From Ferroglobus placidus DSM 10642 (lineage in GTDB: Archaea > Halobacteriota > Archaeoglobi > Archaeoglobales > Archaeoglobaceae), in assembly GCF_000025505.1 (NCBI RefSeq), contig NC_013849.1:510001-542000 (forward strand): a stretch of 32,000 bases of DNA, read 5' to 3'. A model generated the notes under the pieces. It ran no database searches and was not told the DNA's origin. It saw nothing but the letters and a program-made list of their open reading frames with translations. The translations under genes and the position numbers were made by a program. Positions 7,868-17,495 of the stretch are shown here, piece after piece (the first letter of the stretch is position 1; each line of letters opens with the position of its first letter).

Positions 7868-8674
7868 ATGAGCGGCGTAATAGGGAAGAGAATAAGGATT
7901 GAAAGGGTGATAAACAGGGAGAACGGGAACACTGTAATAGTTCCAATGGATCACGGAGTTTCTTTGGGACCGATACACGGATTAATAGACATCGCAAAAA
8001 CGATAAACGAAGTTGCTGAGGGAGGAGCAAATGCTGTAGTCGTTCACAAGGGTATAGTGCCGATAGGTCATAGGGGTTACGGAAAAGATATCGGACTCAT
8101 TCTTCACCTTTCCGCATCGACGAAGCTCTCTCCGGATCCGAACAACAAAGTTCTCGTGGCTACCGTAGAGGAGGCTATAAAACTCGGAGCTGATGCCGTT
8201 AGCGTTCACGTGAACGTTGGGAGTGAAACGGAAGCAAATCAGCTCGAAAAACTTGGAAGAATTGCGAAAGAGTGTGCTGAATGGGGAATGCCCTTACTGG
8301 CTATGATGTACCCGAGGGGAAACGGCATTAACCAGTTCGACGAGAAAGCTGTGAGCTTGGCAGCGAGAGTTGGAGCTGAGCTTGGAGCAGACATCGTCAA
8401 GACGAATTTCACCGGAAGCGTTGAAAGCTTTAAAAAAGTAACAGAAGGCTGCCCAGTGCCGGTGGTTGTGGCTGGAGGAGAAAAAATGGATTCTCCTGAA
8501 GACGTCCTTAAGATGGTTGAGATGGCTATGGATGCCGGAGCGAGGGGAGTTGCTATAGGGAGGAACATTTTCCAAGCTGAAAATCCGAGGAAAATGACGA
8601 AGGCTATAGCGATGATCGTTCATGAAAACGCCACTTATAAAGAGGCTTTGGATTACCTAAAATCGGAGGAGTAA
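7868..8674 (+). CDS. aroA': 2-amino-3,7-dideoxy-D-threo-hept-6-ulosonate synthase / DhnA-type class I aldolase
   Basis: 268 aa. [11 protein letters not shown]...[13 protein letters not shown]...KTNFTG...VVVAGG...GRNIFQ closely resembles my memory of MJ0400. Telling it apart from class I FBP aldolase needs a real alignment. Confidence 0.7.
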   Translation: MSGVIGKRIRIERVINRENGNTVIVPMDHGVSLGPIHGLIDIAKTINEVAEGGANAVVVHKGIVPIGHRGYGKDIGLILHLSASTKLSPDPNNKVLVATVEEAIKLGADAVSVHVNVGSETEANQLEKLGRIAKECAEWGMPLLAMMYPRGNGINQFDEKAVSLAARVGAELGADIVKTNFTGSVESFKKVTEGCPVPVVVAGGEKMDSPEDVLKMVEMAMDAGARGVAIGRNIFQAENPRKMTKAIAMIVHENATYKEALDYLKSEE

Positions 8675-8777
8675 TCAGAAGCTTTTCTCGTTTATTTTTT
8701 CGAGTCGTAAAGCGGCTGATTAAAATAGTAATCGTTAAATATAGCCGAACAGAGTTATTAAAAGACGGTGATCTGTT

Positions 8778-9149
8778 ATGCCCATTGAAGTGGAGATTAT
8801 AACCGGCAGAACGATAGATCAAGGTAAGACGGTTGATGAAAAACTGACGGAAGAGTACTTCAAAGCCGTAAGCTACTGCGAACTGAACGAGGAGGATTTT
8901 AAAGCTCTCGGCTTGAAGGAGGGGGATAGGGTAAAAATCAAAACCGAATTTGGAGAGGTTGTCGTTTTTGCGAAAATTGGAAGCGTTCCTAAGGGCGTTG
9001 TCTTTATTCCGATGGGTCCTTACGCGAACCAAATTACCAGCGACGATACAGATGGGACAGGAATGCCCCTTTTTAAGGGTGTTAGAGGAATTGTTGAGAA
9101 GACTGAGGAGAACGTGAAGTCTGTAAAAGAGATTTTAGGGGTGGAGTAA
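8778..9149 (+). CDS. fwdD: formylmethanofuran dehydrogenase subunit D
   Basis: 123 aa with a molybdopterin-dinucleotide-binding beta-barrel (GDRVKIKTEFGEVVVFAKI). It sits at the head of the fwd operon. The SD GGTGATC is at 8768-8774. Confidence 0.9.
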   Translation: MPIEVEIITGRTIDQGKTVDEKLTEEYFKAVSYCELNEEDFKALGLKEGDRVKIKTEFGEVVVFAKIGSVPKGVVFIPMGPYANQITSDDTDGTGMPLFKGVRGIVEKTEENVKSVKEILGVE

Positions 9150-10397
9150 ATGGAAAACGTAGTCTGTACTTTTTGCGGAAGCGTTTGTGATGACGGCGTA
9201 TTTGAGAATGGAGACATAAGAAGACTTTGCGCCCTTGGAAAGTCCAAGTTTTCAAAAAAGGAGAGAATTAAGGCTCCGATGATCGACGGCAAGGAGGTCA
9301 GTTACGAGGAGGCAATTGAAAAAGCTGCTGAAATTCTCGTTGAAGCTAAGAGACCTCTTCTTTACGGATGGGCGTCTACTGTGAACGAAGCCATAAGGCT
9401 CGGGGTTCTTATTGCAGAAAAGGTTGGAGGAATTTACGACCAGTGTGCAAGCGTCTGTCACGCTCCGGGAACGCTGGCTTTGATAGAGGAAGGAGTTCCC
9501 GGAGGGACACTCGGTTCGGTAAAGAACAGAGCGGATGTCGTTATTTTCTGGGGAGCAAATCCGGTTGAGGCACATCCAAGACATCCGACGAGATATAGCG
9601 TTATGGCTAAGGGACTGCTCATCAAAGATAGAAAGGACAGAAAAGTCGTCGTGATCGATGTGAGAGAGACGAAAACAGCGAAGCTTGCTGATATCTTCGT
9701 TCAGATAAAGCCCGGTTACGATTACGCGATTATCTCAGCTTTAAGGGCTATCGTGAAAGGTGAGAAAATTGAAGCTGACGAGGTTGGAGGAGTGCCGGTA
9801 GAAAAGCTATACGAACTCGCTGAATTGATGATGAACGCGAAGTATGGCGTCATATTTTACGGATTAGGAGTTACGCAGTCGAGGGGAAGAGACAGAAACG
9901 TTGAAAACGCTATAAAGTTGGTTCAGCAGCTTAACAGAAAAACGAGGTGGATAATCTGGCCAATGAGAGGACATTACAACGTCGTTGGAGCTGGAGAAGT
10001 TCCGGCTTGGGAAGCTGGTTATCAGTATGCGATAGACTTCAGCAGAGGTTATCCGAGATTTTCTCCAGCTGAATTCACTGCAGTCGAGGCTTTGGTTAGA
10101 AGAGATTGCGACGCGGCATTAATTGTAGCAAGCGATCCAGCGGCTCACTTCCCGAGAAAAGCTGTGGAGCATTTAAAAAAGATTCCCGTAATTCAGATAG
10201 ATCCTCACCCCAATCTTACGACTCTTCTTTCGAACGTCGTAATTCCCTCAGCCATAGCCGGACTCGAAGCGGAAGGATCGGTTTACAGGATGGACGGAAT
10301 CGTGCTTAGAGTAAAGAAGCTTGTTGAAACCGAATACTGGAGCGACGTCCAGATTTTGGAGAAGATGTATGAGGTGGTTGTTAAAAGAGTAGGGTGA
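9150..10397 (+). CDS. fwdB: formylmethanofuran dehydrogenase subunit B (Cys type)
   Basis: 415 aa. The N-terminal Fe-S motif is CTFCGSVCDD...C. The candidate metal-ligand cysteine is in QCASVCHAPG. There is no in-frame TGA. Confidence 0.9.
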   Translation: MENVVCTFCGSVCDDGVFENGDIRRLCALGKSKFSKKERIKAPMIDGKEVSYEEAIEKAAEILVEAKRPLLYGWASTVNEAIRLGVLIAEKVGGIYDQCASVCHAPGTLALIEEGVPGGTLGSVKNRADVVIFWGANPVEAHPRHPTRYSVMAKGLLIKDRKDRKVVVIDVRETKTAKLADIFVQIKPGYDYAIISALRAIVKGEKIEADEVGGVPVEKLYELAELMMNAKYGVIFYGLGVTQSRGRDRNVENAIKLVQQLNRKTRWIIWPMRGHYNVVGAGEVPAWEAGYQYAIDFSRGYPRFSPAEFTAVEALVRRDCDAALIVASDPAAHFPRKAVEHLKKIPVIQIDPHPNLTTLLSNVVIPSAIAGLEAEGSVYRMDGIVLRVKKLVETEYWSDVQILEKMYEVVVKRVG

Positions 10398-10402
10398 TTT
10401 TC

Positions 10403-12085
10403 ATGCTCTGGATTAAAAACGGTATAGTTATCGATCCGAAAAACGGGATCGAAGGAGAGAAAATGGATATTTTCGTTAAAGAAGGTAAGATAGTTGAGGA
10501 AAGTGAAGTAAATAAAGAGGAATGCAAGGTTATAGACGCTTCCAACAAGCTTGTCGTTGCTGGCGGAGTTGAAATGCACTCCCACATAGCTGGAAGCAAG
10601 ATCAACACCGGCAGATCGATGAGACCCGAAGAGATGCGAGTTGTGAGAAACGTGGCTGGAAAGTTTAGAGCAGTCGTAGGGAGAGTTCTTCTAACGGCTC
10701 CAGGAATCGGTTACGAGTACGCTAAGATGGGTTACACAACGGCTGTTGAAGCGGCTTCGCCACCTATAGGAAGTCCGCACACCCACGAAGAGCTCGATGC
10801 AATACCGATCTTGGATAAAGCCGCATTACCCGTTTTCGGAAACTGGCACTTCGTTTTCAAGTTCGTCTCGGAAAAAGATCAGGAGAAGCTTCAGGCTTTC
10901 ATAGCTTGGGCTATTGAGAGAACGAAAGGTTACGGAGTGAAGATAGTAAATCCGGGTGGAGTGGAGAAGTGGATGTACGGAAGCAACGTCAGAACGCTTG
11001 ACGATGAAGTCCCCATTTACGGAGTCACTCCGAGGGAGATAATTACTGAAGTTGTTAAGGCTAACGAAGCTTTGAACTTGCCCCACTGCGTACACATTCA
11101 CTGCAACAACTTAGGTGTTCCGGGCAATTACGAAACTACGATAGAGACGATGAAACTCGTTTCTGGAATGAAAAACGAAAACAGGCCGGTTTTGCATGTT
11201 ACTCACGTTCAGTTCAACGCCTACGCTGGAAGCAGCTGGAGAGACGTTTCGAGCGGGGCTGAGGAGATAGCGAAGTACGTCAACAAAACTGACAACATCA
11301 CGATAGACATGGGTCAGCCGATATTCGGGCATGCTACCGCTATGACTGGCGACGCTCCTTTCCAGTTCACTCTCCACAGGCTAACTGGAGCGAGGTGGAG
11401 CAACAAGGACACGGAAATTGAAGGTGGAGCTGGAATTGTTCCGCTTGTTTATCTGCCTAAAAATCCGGTACACGCTTTGCAGTGGGCTATTGGCTTGGAA
11501 TTGGGATTGCTGATAGACAGCGATAAAGTTGTGATATCCACCGACTGGCCGAACGGAGGTCCTTTCACGGAGTATCCGTACATTATGGCGATGCTGATGA
11601 GCAAGAGGATGAGGGAAAAGGAGCTCGAGAGGGTAAGTCCCTACGTGCAGAAAGCTTCGAGTCTGCCGGCTATAGATACCGAAAAGACGCTCTACGAAGT
11701 CATAAAGATGAGCAGAAGCTTACCTGCTAAGATCCTCGGAATGGAGAACAAAGGTCATCTCGGAGTTGGAGCAGATGCCGATATCGCAATTTACGACATA
11801 AATCCGAACGAAGTAGATCCTTCAGTAGAGTACGAGCTGATAAACAAAGCTTTCAGAAAGCCGGCTTACACGATTAAGGGTGGGGAAATCGTCGTAAAGG
11901 ACGGAGAGCTCGTAGCTGAGACTTGGGGAAGAACTTTCTGGGTTGATGCGACGAAGAAAGTTAGCATGGAAGCTATAGAATCTGATCTCGACGAGTACTT
12001 CCAGAACTACTACTCTGTCGAGAGGATAAACTTCGGAGTCGATGAAAGGTGGGTTAAAAAGCCCGCGAGATTGGAGGTGAAATGA
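10403..12085 (+). CDS. fwdA: formylmethanofuran dehydrogenase subunit A (amidohydrolase fold)
   Basis: MLWIKNGIVIDPKNG...EMHSHIAG. ATG 10403 is preceded by GGGTGAT. The track start, GTG 10394, overlaps the fwdB stop. Confidence 0.9.
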   Translation: MLWIKNGIVIDPKNGIEGEKMDIFVKEGKIVEESEVNKEECKVIDASNKLVVAGGVEMHSHIAGSKINTGRSMRPEEMRVVRNVAGKFRAVVGRVLLTAPGIGYEYAKMGYTTAVEAASPPIGSPHTHEELDAIPILDKAALPVFGNWHFVFKFVSEKDQEKLQAFIAWAIERTKGYGVKIVNPGGVEKWMYGSNVRTLDDEVPIYGVTPREIITEVVKANEALNLPHCVHIHCNNLGVPGNYETTIETMKLVSGMKNENRPVLHVTHVQFNAYAGSSWRDVSSGAEEIAKYVNKTDNITIDMGQPIFGHATAMTGDAPFQFTLHRLTGARWSNKDTEIEGGAGIVPLVYLPKNPVHALQWAIGLELGLLIDSDKVVISTDWPNGGPFTEYPYIMAMLMSKRMREKELERVSPYVQKASSLPAIDTEKTLYEVIKMSRSLPAKILGMENKGHLGVGADADIAIYDINPNEVDPSVEYELINKAFRKPAYTIKGGEIVVKDGELVAETWGRTFWVDATKKVSMEAIESDLDEYFQNYYSVERINFGVDERWVKKPARLEVK

Positions 12086-12789
12086 TGCTGATTTTAAAAC
12101 CTAAGAAGGACTTCGAAGTTAGTGTAGAGGCTGAAATTACTCCGGATCTTGCTGAGAAGAGCGAAGAGGAAATTAAAAACTTTGAAGTCTGGTACGGAAA
12201 ATACAAGGTTAAGCTTGGTGAGCTTTTCGAAATAAAGAAGGAGGGAGACGAGAAAAAGCTCGTACTCGAAGGGGATTTCTCGAGAGTGAAGTGGATCGGC
12301 AGGGGGATGCCCGACGGAGAAATTATAGTGAAAGGTAGCGTCGGCGCTCACTGCGGAGCTTTCATGTCTGGAGGAAAAATAGTCGTTGAAGGAAACGCTG
12401 ACGACTGGCTCGGTGCTGAGATGAGCGGTGGAGAGATTGTCGTAAAAGGAAACGCGAAAAACCTCGTTGGTTGCGCTTACTACGGAGACCTCGAAGGAAT
12501 GAAGGGTGGAAAGATTCTGATTGAAGGAAACGCGGGAAACTACATAGGAGAAAAGATGGCTGGGGGAGAAATAGAGATTAAGGGTAACGCCGGAGACTTC
12601 GTAGGGACGGAAATGAAAAACGGAACGATAATCGTTCACGGAGACTGCGGATTCGTCGGGGGGGACATGAAAGGGGGGACTATAAAAATCGGAGGAAAGT
12701 TCGATCTTCTTCCGAGCTTTAAAAAAGCCGAGGACGGGTGGGTAGGAGATATAAACGTTGGAGGGGAAGGTAAGATAGTTAAAATTTAA
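12082..12789 (+). CDS. fwdC: formylmethanofuran dehydrogenase subunit C
   Basis: 235 aa with repeated G-x-A-x-x-x-G-x-x-M-x-GG-x-I-x-V/I-x-G beta-helix units. It overlaps the fwdA stop by ATGA. Confidence 0.9.
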   Translation: MMLILKPKKDFEVSVEAEITPDLAEKSEEEIKNFEVWYGKYKVKLGELFEIKKEGDEKKLVLEGDFSRVKWIGRGMPDGEIIVKGSVGAHCGAFMSGGKIVVEGNADDWLGAEMSGGEIVVKGNAKNLVGCAYYGDLEGMKGGKILIEGNAGNYIGEKMAGGEIEIKGNAGDFVGTEMKNGTIIVHGDCGFVGGDMKGGTIKIGGKFDLLPSFKKAEDGWVGDINVGGEGKIVKI

Positions 12790-13489
12790 TTTTCTCTTTT
12801 ATCTCCTTTGCCTTAACAACAGCTGTGTGGCTGACGAATCTCGGCAGGTATCTCTTTAGCATTTCGCAGTCCACGTCTATCTCCGGCAATTCAGCTTGCA
12901 TGCTCCCCACTTCTACCACTTCAACCTCTCTACCCTTCGCCCACTCCTTCAAAGCATTTATAAACGGCTCCGACTCGTTTTTTCCGTAAAATATTACCGC
13001 ATCCTTTTTCCTCTCGGGAGGATTTAACTTTTCGAGTATTTTGAAGAGAACTCCCCTTTCAGCTTCCCTAACCTTGCAGGAATTCAAAAGGAGCATGAAC
13101 TTGGCAACGTCGGCAACCCTCTTCATTAAAGGAGGGGAAATTGCAAAGGCGAAGTCTGCGGAAGATTTTAGAGCGAGCAACCCTCCGAGGCTGTGTCCTA
13201 TTGCGTAAACTTTTTTGTAGCTCTCCTTCAGCTCTTTCACAGCGCCTTCCACATCGTTTAAAACATGCTCATCCAGAGGATTCTCGTTTTCTCCGTGACC
13301 TCTCAAGTCTATGCAGAAGCAGTCGTAGCCCTTTTCAGCGAGATCGTAAGCAAGTTCGACGAATTCCCCTTTCGAAGAAGAGTATCCGTGGATCAGTAGG
13401 AAAGCTTCATTGGAATTTGAGCCGAGTTTGAAAGATGGAACTTCTTTTCCGTCAAGGCTCTTTAAAAAAATTTTTGAAATTTGAATCAT
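12779..13489 (-). CDS. alpha/beta-fold hydrolase (esterase/lipase-like)
   Basis: 236 aa. Contains LLIHGY (oxyanion region) and the nucleophile elbow GHSLGG. Its ATG overlaps the mch stop (ATGA at 13486-13489). Confidence 0.8.
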   Translation of the reverse strand: MIQISKIFLKSLDGKEVPSFKLGSNSNEAFLLIHGYSSSKGEFVELAYDLAEKGYDCFCIDLRGHGENENPLDEHVLNDVEGAVKELKESYKKVYAIGHSLGGLLALKSSADFAFAISPPLMKRVADVAKFMLLLNSCKVREAERGVLFKILEKLNPPERKKDAVIFYGKNESEPFINALKEWAKGREVEVVEVGSMQAELPEIDVDCEMLKRYLPRFVSHTAVVKAKEIKEKIKF

Positions 13490-14433
13490 TCTTTCACGAC
13501 CTGGTAGCTTTTGAGGAGAACTTCTGCGTTAAGCTTTCCGTGGACGTAGGTTTTTCCGCTTGAGAGGTCGTTGAAAGCTACTAAAGCCGGAGCGAAGAGG
13601 TGAGGATCGATCTTGTAGAAGTCGTAGTTTGCCTCTTTGAAGATCTCGAAGAAGGGCTTTCCGTAGTCTCTGCTTGTGGAACTCGGAACGTTCTTCAGAA
13701 TTTCGTCGTACTCCTTGATCGTTAAGAAAACGCTTCCGTAGTACATCATGCTGTCGTTCGTAGCTCCCATCGCTTTGAGGTCGTCCTCAAGAACCGGAGC
13801 TATGGGACACTTTCCGGCTCCGCTCACGATCTTCTTCGGATCGTAGCCGATTTCCGCCATCTTATATATTGCGGTTTCAACTATTCTTCCAGAAATTTGC
13901 ACGCTTCCGACGATGCTGGCAGTTGGAGCTACCAAAGCGTACACGTCTTCAGGCTTTACTCCGCACTCCTTCGCTATGTACTCCATAACTTTCTCATCTG
14001 GAAGCTTGCTGGCTTCTAACGCTATAACCGCATAGTCCGCATCGTCTTCATATTCAATCTGCTCGTAAGTTTTCTTCGGCTTTAAAGCCAGAGCTCTTGC
14101 CGGTCCGCTGCCCATTGCAAAGTACTTGTCCACTTTTATAGCCCAGCCAGCTTTCTGGCTGCCGAGGCAGGCTATGGCTGGAAAGTCTGTGTACTCGTAG
14201 ATGAACATGAAAGGTATTCCCTCTATTTCTTCAACTCCAATGTTTATCTCAGCCAAACCCCCCATGCAGACGAGTGTGTAGAGCTTTCCAGCTTCTATGC
14301 TTCCCTCCACATTCACTCCGCAGTCAATAACAACAGCCCCGTTGTCGAGCTTTTTCGACTCGATTCTCAACTCCTCTTCGTAGTCTAACATCTCCTCGAC
14401 AATCTCCAAAGCAAGCTCGTTTACGCTAACCAT
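13486..14433 (-). CDS. mch: methenyltetrahydromethanopterin cyclohydrolase
   Basis: Starts [25 protein letters not shown] and is the right length for Mch. I start it at ATG 14433, preceded by GGTGGT. The track uses TTG 14445. Confidence 0.9.
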   Translation of the reverse strand: MVSVNELALEIVEEMLDYEEELRIESKKLDNGAVVIDCGVNVEGSIEAGKLYTLVCMGGLAEINIGVEEIEGIPFMFIYEYTDFPAIACLGSQKAGWAIKVDKYFAMGSGPARALALKPKKTYEQIEYEDDADYAVIALEASKLPDEKVMEYIAKECGVKPEDVYALVAPTASIVGSVQISGRIVETAIYKMAEIGYDPKKIVSGAGKCPIAPVLEDDLKAMGATNDSMMYYGSVFLTIKEYDEILKNVPSSTSRDYGKPFFEIFKEANYDFYKIDPHLFAPALVAFNDLSSGKTYVHGKLNAEVLLKSYQVVKE

Positions 14434-14475
14434 TTCTACCACCAAGAGATGAATTATAAGTGAAATTTTAAAACT

Positions 14476-15369
14476 TTATGATTTTTCTCCTCTTTTTTCT
14501 GCTATGTAACCCGAAATTCCTTCTATGGCATTTGAAATAAAGATGTCCTCCCTCTCCTTAACATCGTCATCGAGTTTTTGATAGCGTGAAAACCTTTCGT
14601 CCCTCTTTAACAGCTCCTCCTTTATTTCCTCCTTTTCTTTCCCGAACATCTCTTCGACGACTTCTGTCCACAGCTTTATCTGATTCTCGGCCTCTTTCAA
14701 AACCTCTTCGCTATTCTCTCTCATACCAAAATGACCGAACATAGCCTTTTTTCTTCCGAAGCCCTTCAGCTTCTCTATAGATTCGAGGTAAACGTCTAAG
14801 AAGAACTTCGGCGGCGTGGCTGGACGCATGTAGTAATCTTCTTCAAGAGGTTGGTGAACTCCGCAAGCCTCTCCAAGGAAAAGGAAGTCGTCAACGACAA
14901 AGGAAACGTGATGAGGTGCATGCCCCGGAGTTTCGACAATTTCGACATCGTATCCAGCGAAATCGACCTTGTTCGTGAAAAAGCTCTCTTTTACCGGCTT
15001 TATCTCTCCGTAGTTCTCGGCTATCTTTCCGAGGACTTTTAAGCTACCTTTCCAGAGGGCTTCCGGATTTATAAGGTGCTTCTTCCCCTTCTCGCTCACG
15101 ACGACTTTAGCTTCTGGATGTATTGCAAGAAAATCTCCGAGCCCTCCGGCGTGGTCTATGTGGATGTGGGTAATCAAAACGTACTCGACCTTCTCAACCC
15201 CGAGCTTTTTTAAGCTCTCTTCGAGAAGAGGTATCGTCGACGCCGGACCGACATCCACAAGCAGCGCTTTATTTCCTTCTTGCAAAACCCACGAGGAGAT
15301 GAAATTCCTGAAACCCCTCATTTTTTGCGGCAAATCGATGAGCTTCACACTTCCGAAATCGAGAATCAT
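14476..15369 (-). CDS. MBL-fold metallo-hydrolase
   Basis: The metal motif is ITHIHIDHAGG, with TPGHAPHH downstream. I start it at ATG 15369 (MILDFGSVKL). The 393-aa track ORF extends into and across the divergent cbiX gene. Confidence 0.8.
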   Translation of the reverse strand: MILDFGSVKLIDLPQKMRGFRNFISSWVLQEGNKALLVDVGPASTIPLLEESLKKLGVEKVEYVLITHIHIDHAGGLGDFLAIHPEAKVVVSEKGKKHLINPEALWKGSLKVLGKIAENYGEIKPVKESFFTNKVDFAGYDVEIVETPGHAPHHVSFVVDDFLFLGEACGVHQPLEEDYYMRPATPPKFFLDVYLESIEKLKGFGRKKAMFGHFGMRENSEEVLKEAENQIKLWTEVVEEMFGKEKEEIKEELLKRDERFSRYQKLDDDVKEREDIFISNAIEGISGYIAEKRGEKS

Positions 15370-15438
15370 ATCTTCTCTTATTCTGAAGAGAATATGAGGT
15401 TTGCGAAAACGTATTAAATGCGAGGAAGATGTTCGGGC

Positions 15439-15810
15439 ATGAAGGGGTTGCTTATAGTCGGGCACGGAAGCGAAAAGTCTCATTACGCTAAGGTGATGGA
15501 AATTCACAAAGAGAGGATAGAGAAGATGGGGATTTTCGACGAAGTTGAGATATGCTACGTGGCGAGAAACAGAAAGCCAACTCCGGATGAGGCTGTTAGA
15601 AAAATGAAGAGTGACGAGATCTACGTCGTTCCAATTCTCATTTCGAAGGGCATTCACTTCACCGAAGACCTTCCGGCATTCTTCAACTTTAAACCGGGGC
15701 AGAGAGAAGGGGTGTTTGACGGAAAAAGGATAGTTATATGCGATCCGATAGGGGAAGATCGCTTTGTAACCCTCGCAATAATTAATGCGGTCTTCAAGCT
15801 CCTCGAATAG
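15439..15810 (+). CDS. cbiX: small sirohydrochlorin cobalto/ferrochelatase CbiX(S)
   Basis: MKGLLIVGHGS...VVPILISKGIHFTEDLP. The size (about 123 aa) and motifs fit archaeal CbiX-S. Confidence 0.8.
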   Translation: MKGLLIVGHGSEKSHYAKVMEIHKERIEKMGIFDEVEICYVARNRKPTPDEAVRKMKSDEIYVVPILISKGIHFTEDLPAFFNFKPGQREGVFDGKRIVICDPIGEDRFVTLAIINAVFKLLE

Positions 15811-15811
15811 T

Positions 15812-16218
15812 CTACTCCTCGAGGATTACTGTGAAGGTTCTTGGACCGTGCACGCCGAATATAAGCTTTCCTTCTATGTCTGCAGTCTTGGAGGGAGAAC
15901 TTGAAGCAAATACGAAATCTCCCTTGGATAGGGCGTGGAAGTATGCTGAGATAACGTCTTTCTTTACATCTCTCTTCCACACCACCGCAACGTGATGATC
16001 CGCTAAAGCCGCCTTTTTTCTATTTTCCAGACCTACGAAAAATAGAATTCCTGCATCTTCTGCCGCGCTTGCCGCTTCGCAAACAAAAGCGTTAACGAAT
16101 TTTTTAGCATCTTCGATTGGATTTTTCGAGAAGATAACTTCCGCTCCGTTTCTTTTTAAAGCTTCTGCAAGCTTTTTCGGAGAGTAGCAAAATAAGGTGG
16201 AGGTTCCGGAGTTCAGAC
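15812..16218 (-). CDS. LUD-domain (LutC/DUF162-like) protein, with no canonical start codon (possible CTG start or 5'-truncated pseudogene)
   Basis: Hand translation of the minus strand gives ...[127 protein letters not shown]. The frame is open from 16243. The first ATG/GTG/TTG is codon 87 of 143. The 108-aa track ORF at 15654-15980 is in a different frame. Confidence 0.55.
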
Positions 16219-17415
16219 GAACATCACTCCTTTCACTTCGAAGTTAACCGGCTTAACTCCTTTCCTCATGACCTTTTCTATCGCTTTGAGGAAGTCCTCC
16301 ATCGTAACTTTCGTTCTTTCGTTCTTTATCGCGTACATGCCGGCTTCTGTCACTATTGCCTTTATATCAGCCCCGCTCGCACCTTCCGTCATTCTTGCAA
16401 GCTCTCTCAGGTCGACATCTTCGGCGAGCTTCATGTTTCTCGTGTGGATCTGGAATATCTGGTATCTTCCCTCCTCGTTCGGTAGCGGAACTTCTATTAT
16501 TCTGTCAAACCTTCCCGGGCGCAGTATTGCTGGATCGAGAATGTCAATTCTGTTCGTCGCTCCGATGATCTTCACGTCTCCTCTCGGGTTGAATCCGTCC
16601 ATCTCGGCTAAAAGCTGCATCAAAGTTCTTTGCACTTCCCTATCTCCGCTCGTATCCGATGCGGTTCTTCTTGCCGCGATTGCATCTATTTCGTCGATGA
16701 ATATTATGCTCGGTGCTTTCTCTCTTGCCAACTGGAAGACTTCCCTGACGAGCCTTGCTCCCTCTCCGATGTACTTCTGGACGAACTCGCTGCCAACGAC
16801 TCTTATGAACGTCGCGTTTGTTTCGGTAGCCACAGCTTTAGCGAGCAAAGTCTTACCGGTTCCTGGCGGTCCGTAAAGCAAAACTCCTTTAGGCGGCTCT
16901 ATTCCTATCTCTTCGAAGAGGTGCGGTTTGAGGAGAGGTAGTTCAATAGCTTCTCTGATCTCTTCAATTTGCTTTTCGAGACCGCCAATATCTGTGTATC
17001 TAACGTTGGGTTTTTCATCAACCTCGAAAGCGTAAACCATCGGATCTTTCGACTGAGGAAGGACGCTAACTATGGCAAGGGTTTGCTGATTTAAAGCCAC
17101 TCTAACTCCTGGCTTTAAATCAGCGGGATTAACGTAAGTTGAAGCGTGAACGACGAATTTGGGACCGGTAGAACTTTTAACTATAACTCTTCCGTCTTCA
17201 AGGACGTCCGAGACGGTTCCAACCAGTAAGGGAGGTGATCTTAATCTTTCTATCTCGCTTCTCAACCTTCTTACTTCTCTTTCGTACCTAATCCTCTCAG
17301 ACTCAACGTACCTCTTCTCATCTTCAAGCCTTCTGTAAAGTTCCTTTAACCTTTCGTACTCCTCCTCAAGCTGCCTTAACCTTTGCATCAGGTATTCCAT
17401 CGTTTCCGAAGACAT
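16213..17415 (-). CDS. pan: proteasome-activating nucleotidase (AAA+ ATPase)
   Basis: Coiled-coil N-terminus, OB domain, Walker [16 protein letters not shown] and Walker [12 protein letters not shown] 17415 is preceded by AGGTG. The track start, TTG 17448, is the alternative. Confidence 0.93.
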   Translation of the reverse strand: MSSETMEYLMQRLRQLEEEYERLKELYRRLEDEKRYVESERIRYEREVRRLRSEIERLRSPPLLVGTVSDVLEDGRVIVKSSTGPKFVVHASTYVNPADLKPGVRVALNQQTLAIVSVLPQSKDPMVYAFEVDEKPNVRYTDIGGLEKQIEEIREAIELPLLKPHLFEEIGIEPPKGVLLYGPPGTGKTLLAKAVATETNATFIRVVGSEFVQKYIGEGARLVREVFQLAREKAPSIIFIDEIDAIAARRTASDTSGDREVQRTLMQLLAEMDGFNPRGDVKIIGATNRIDILDPAILRPGRFDRIIEVPLPNEEGRYQIFQIHTRNMKLAEDVDLRELARMTEGASGADIKAIVTEAGMYAIKNERTKVTMEDFLKAIEKVMRKGVKPVNFEVKGVMFV

Positions 17416-17495
17416 ATCAACACCTTCGCTCAACTCCGGAACCTCCAAAATACTATATATGCGAACTACTATAAGTATTTATTGGAGGTTTCACG

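Noticed and set aside
9150-10397. Possible selenocysteine in FwdB
   Set aside because: The ORF is uninterrupted with no in-frame TGA. The candidate metal-ligand position reads Cys (SVCHAPG).
12094-12639. 181-aa antisense ORF inside fwdC
   Set aside because: It is a shadow frame produced by the periodic GxxxGG beta-helix repeat codons of fwdC. fwdC itself is unambiguous and sits in operon context.
15654-15980. 108-aa minus-strand ORF from the track
   Set aside because: It is in a different frame from the LUD-domain reading, which carries clear family motifs. It also overlaps the cbiX 3' end.
16268-16876. Long antisense ORFs within pan (16268-16876), cysS (18568-19203) and infB (22515-22988)
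   Set aside because: They are S/T/L-rich and low-complexity, on the opposite strand of highly conserved genes. These are typical shadow ORFs.
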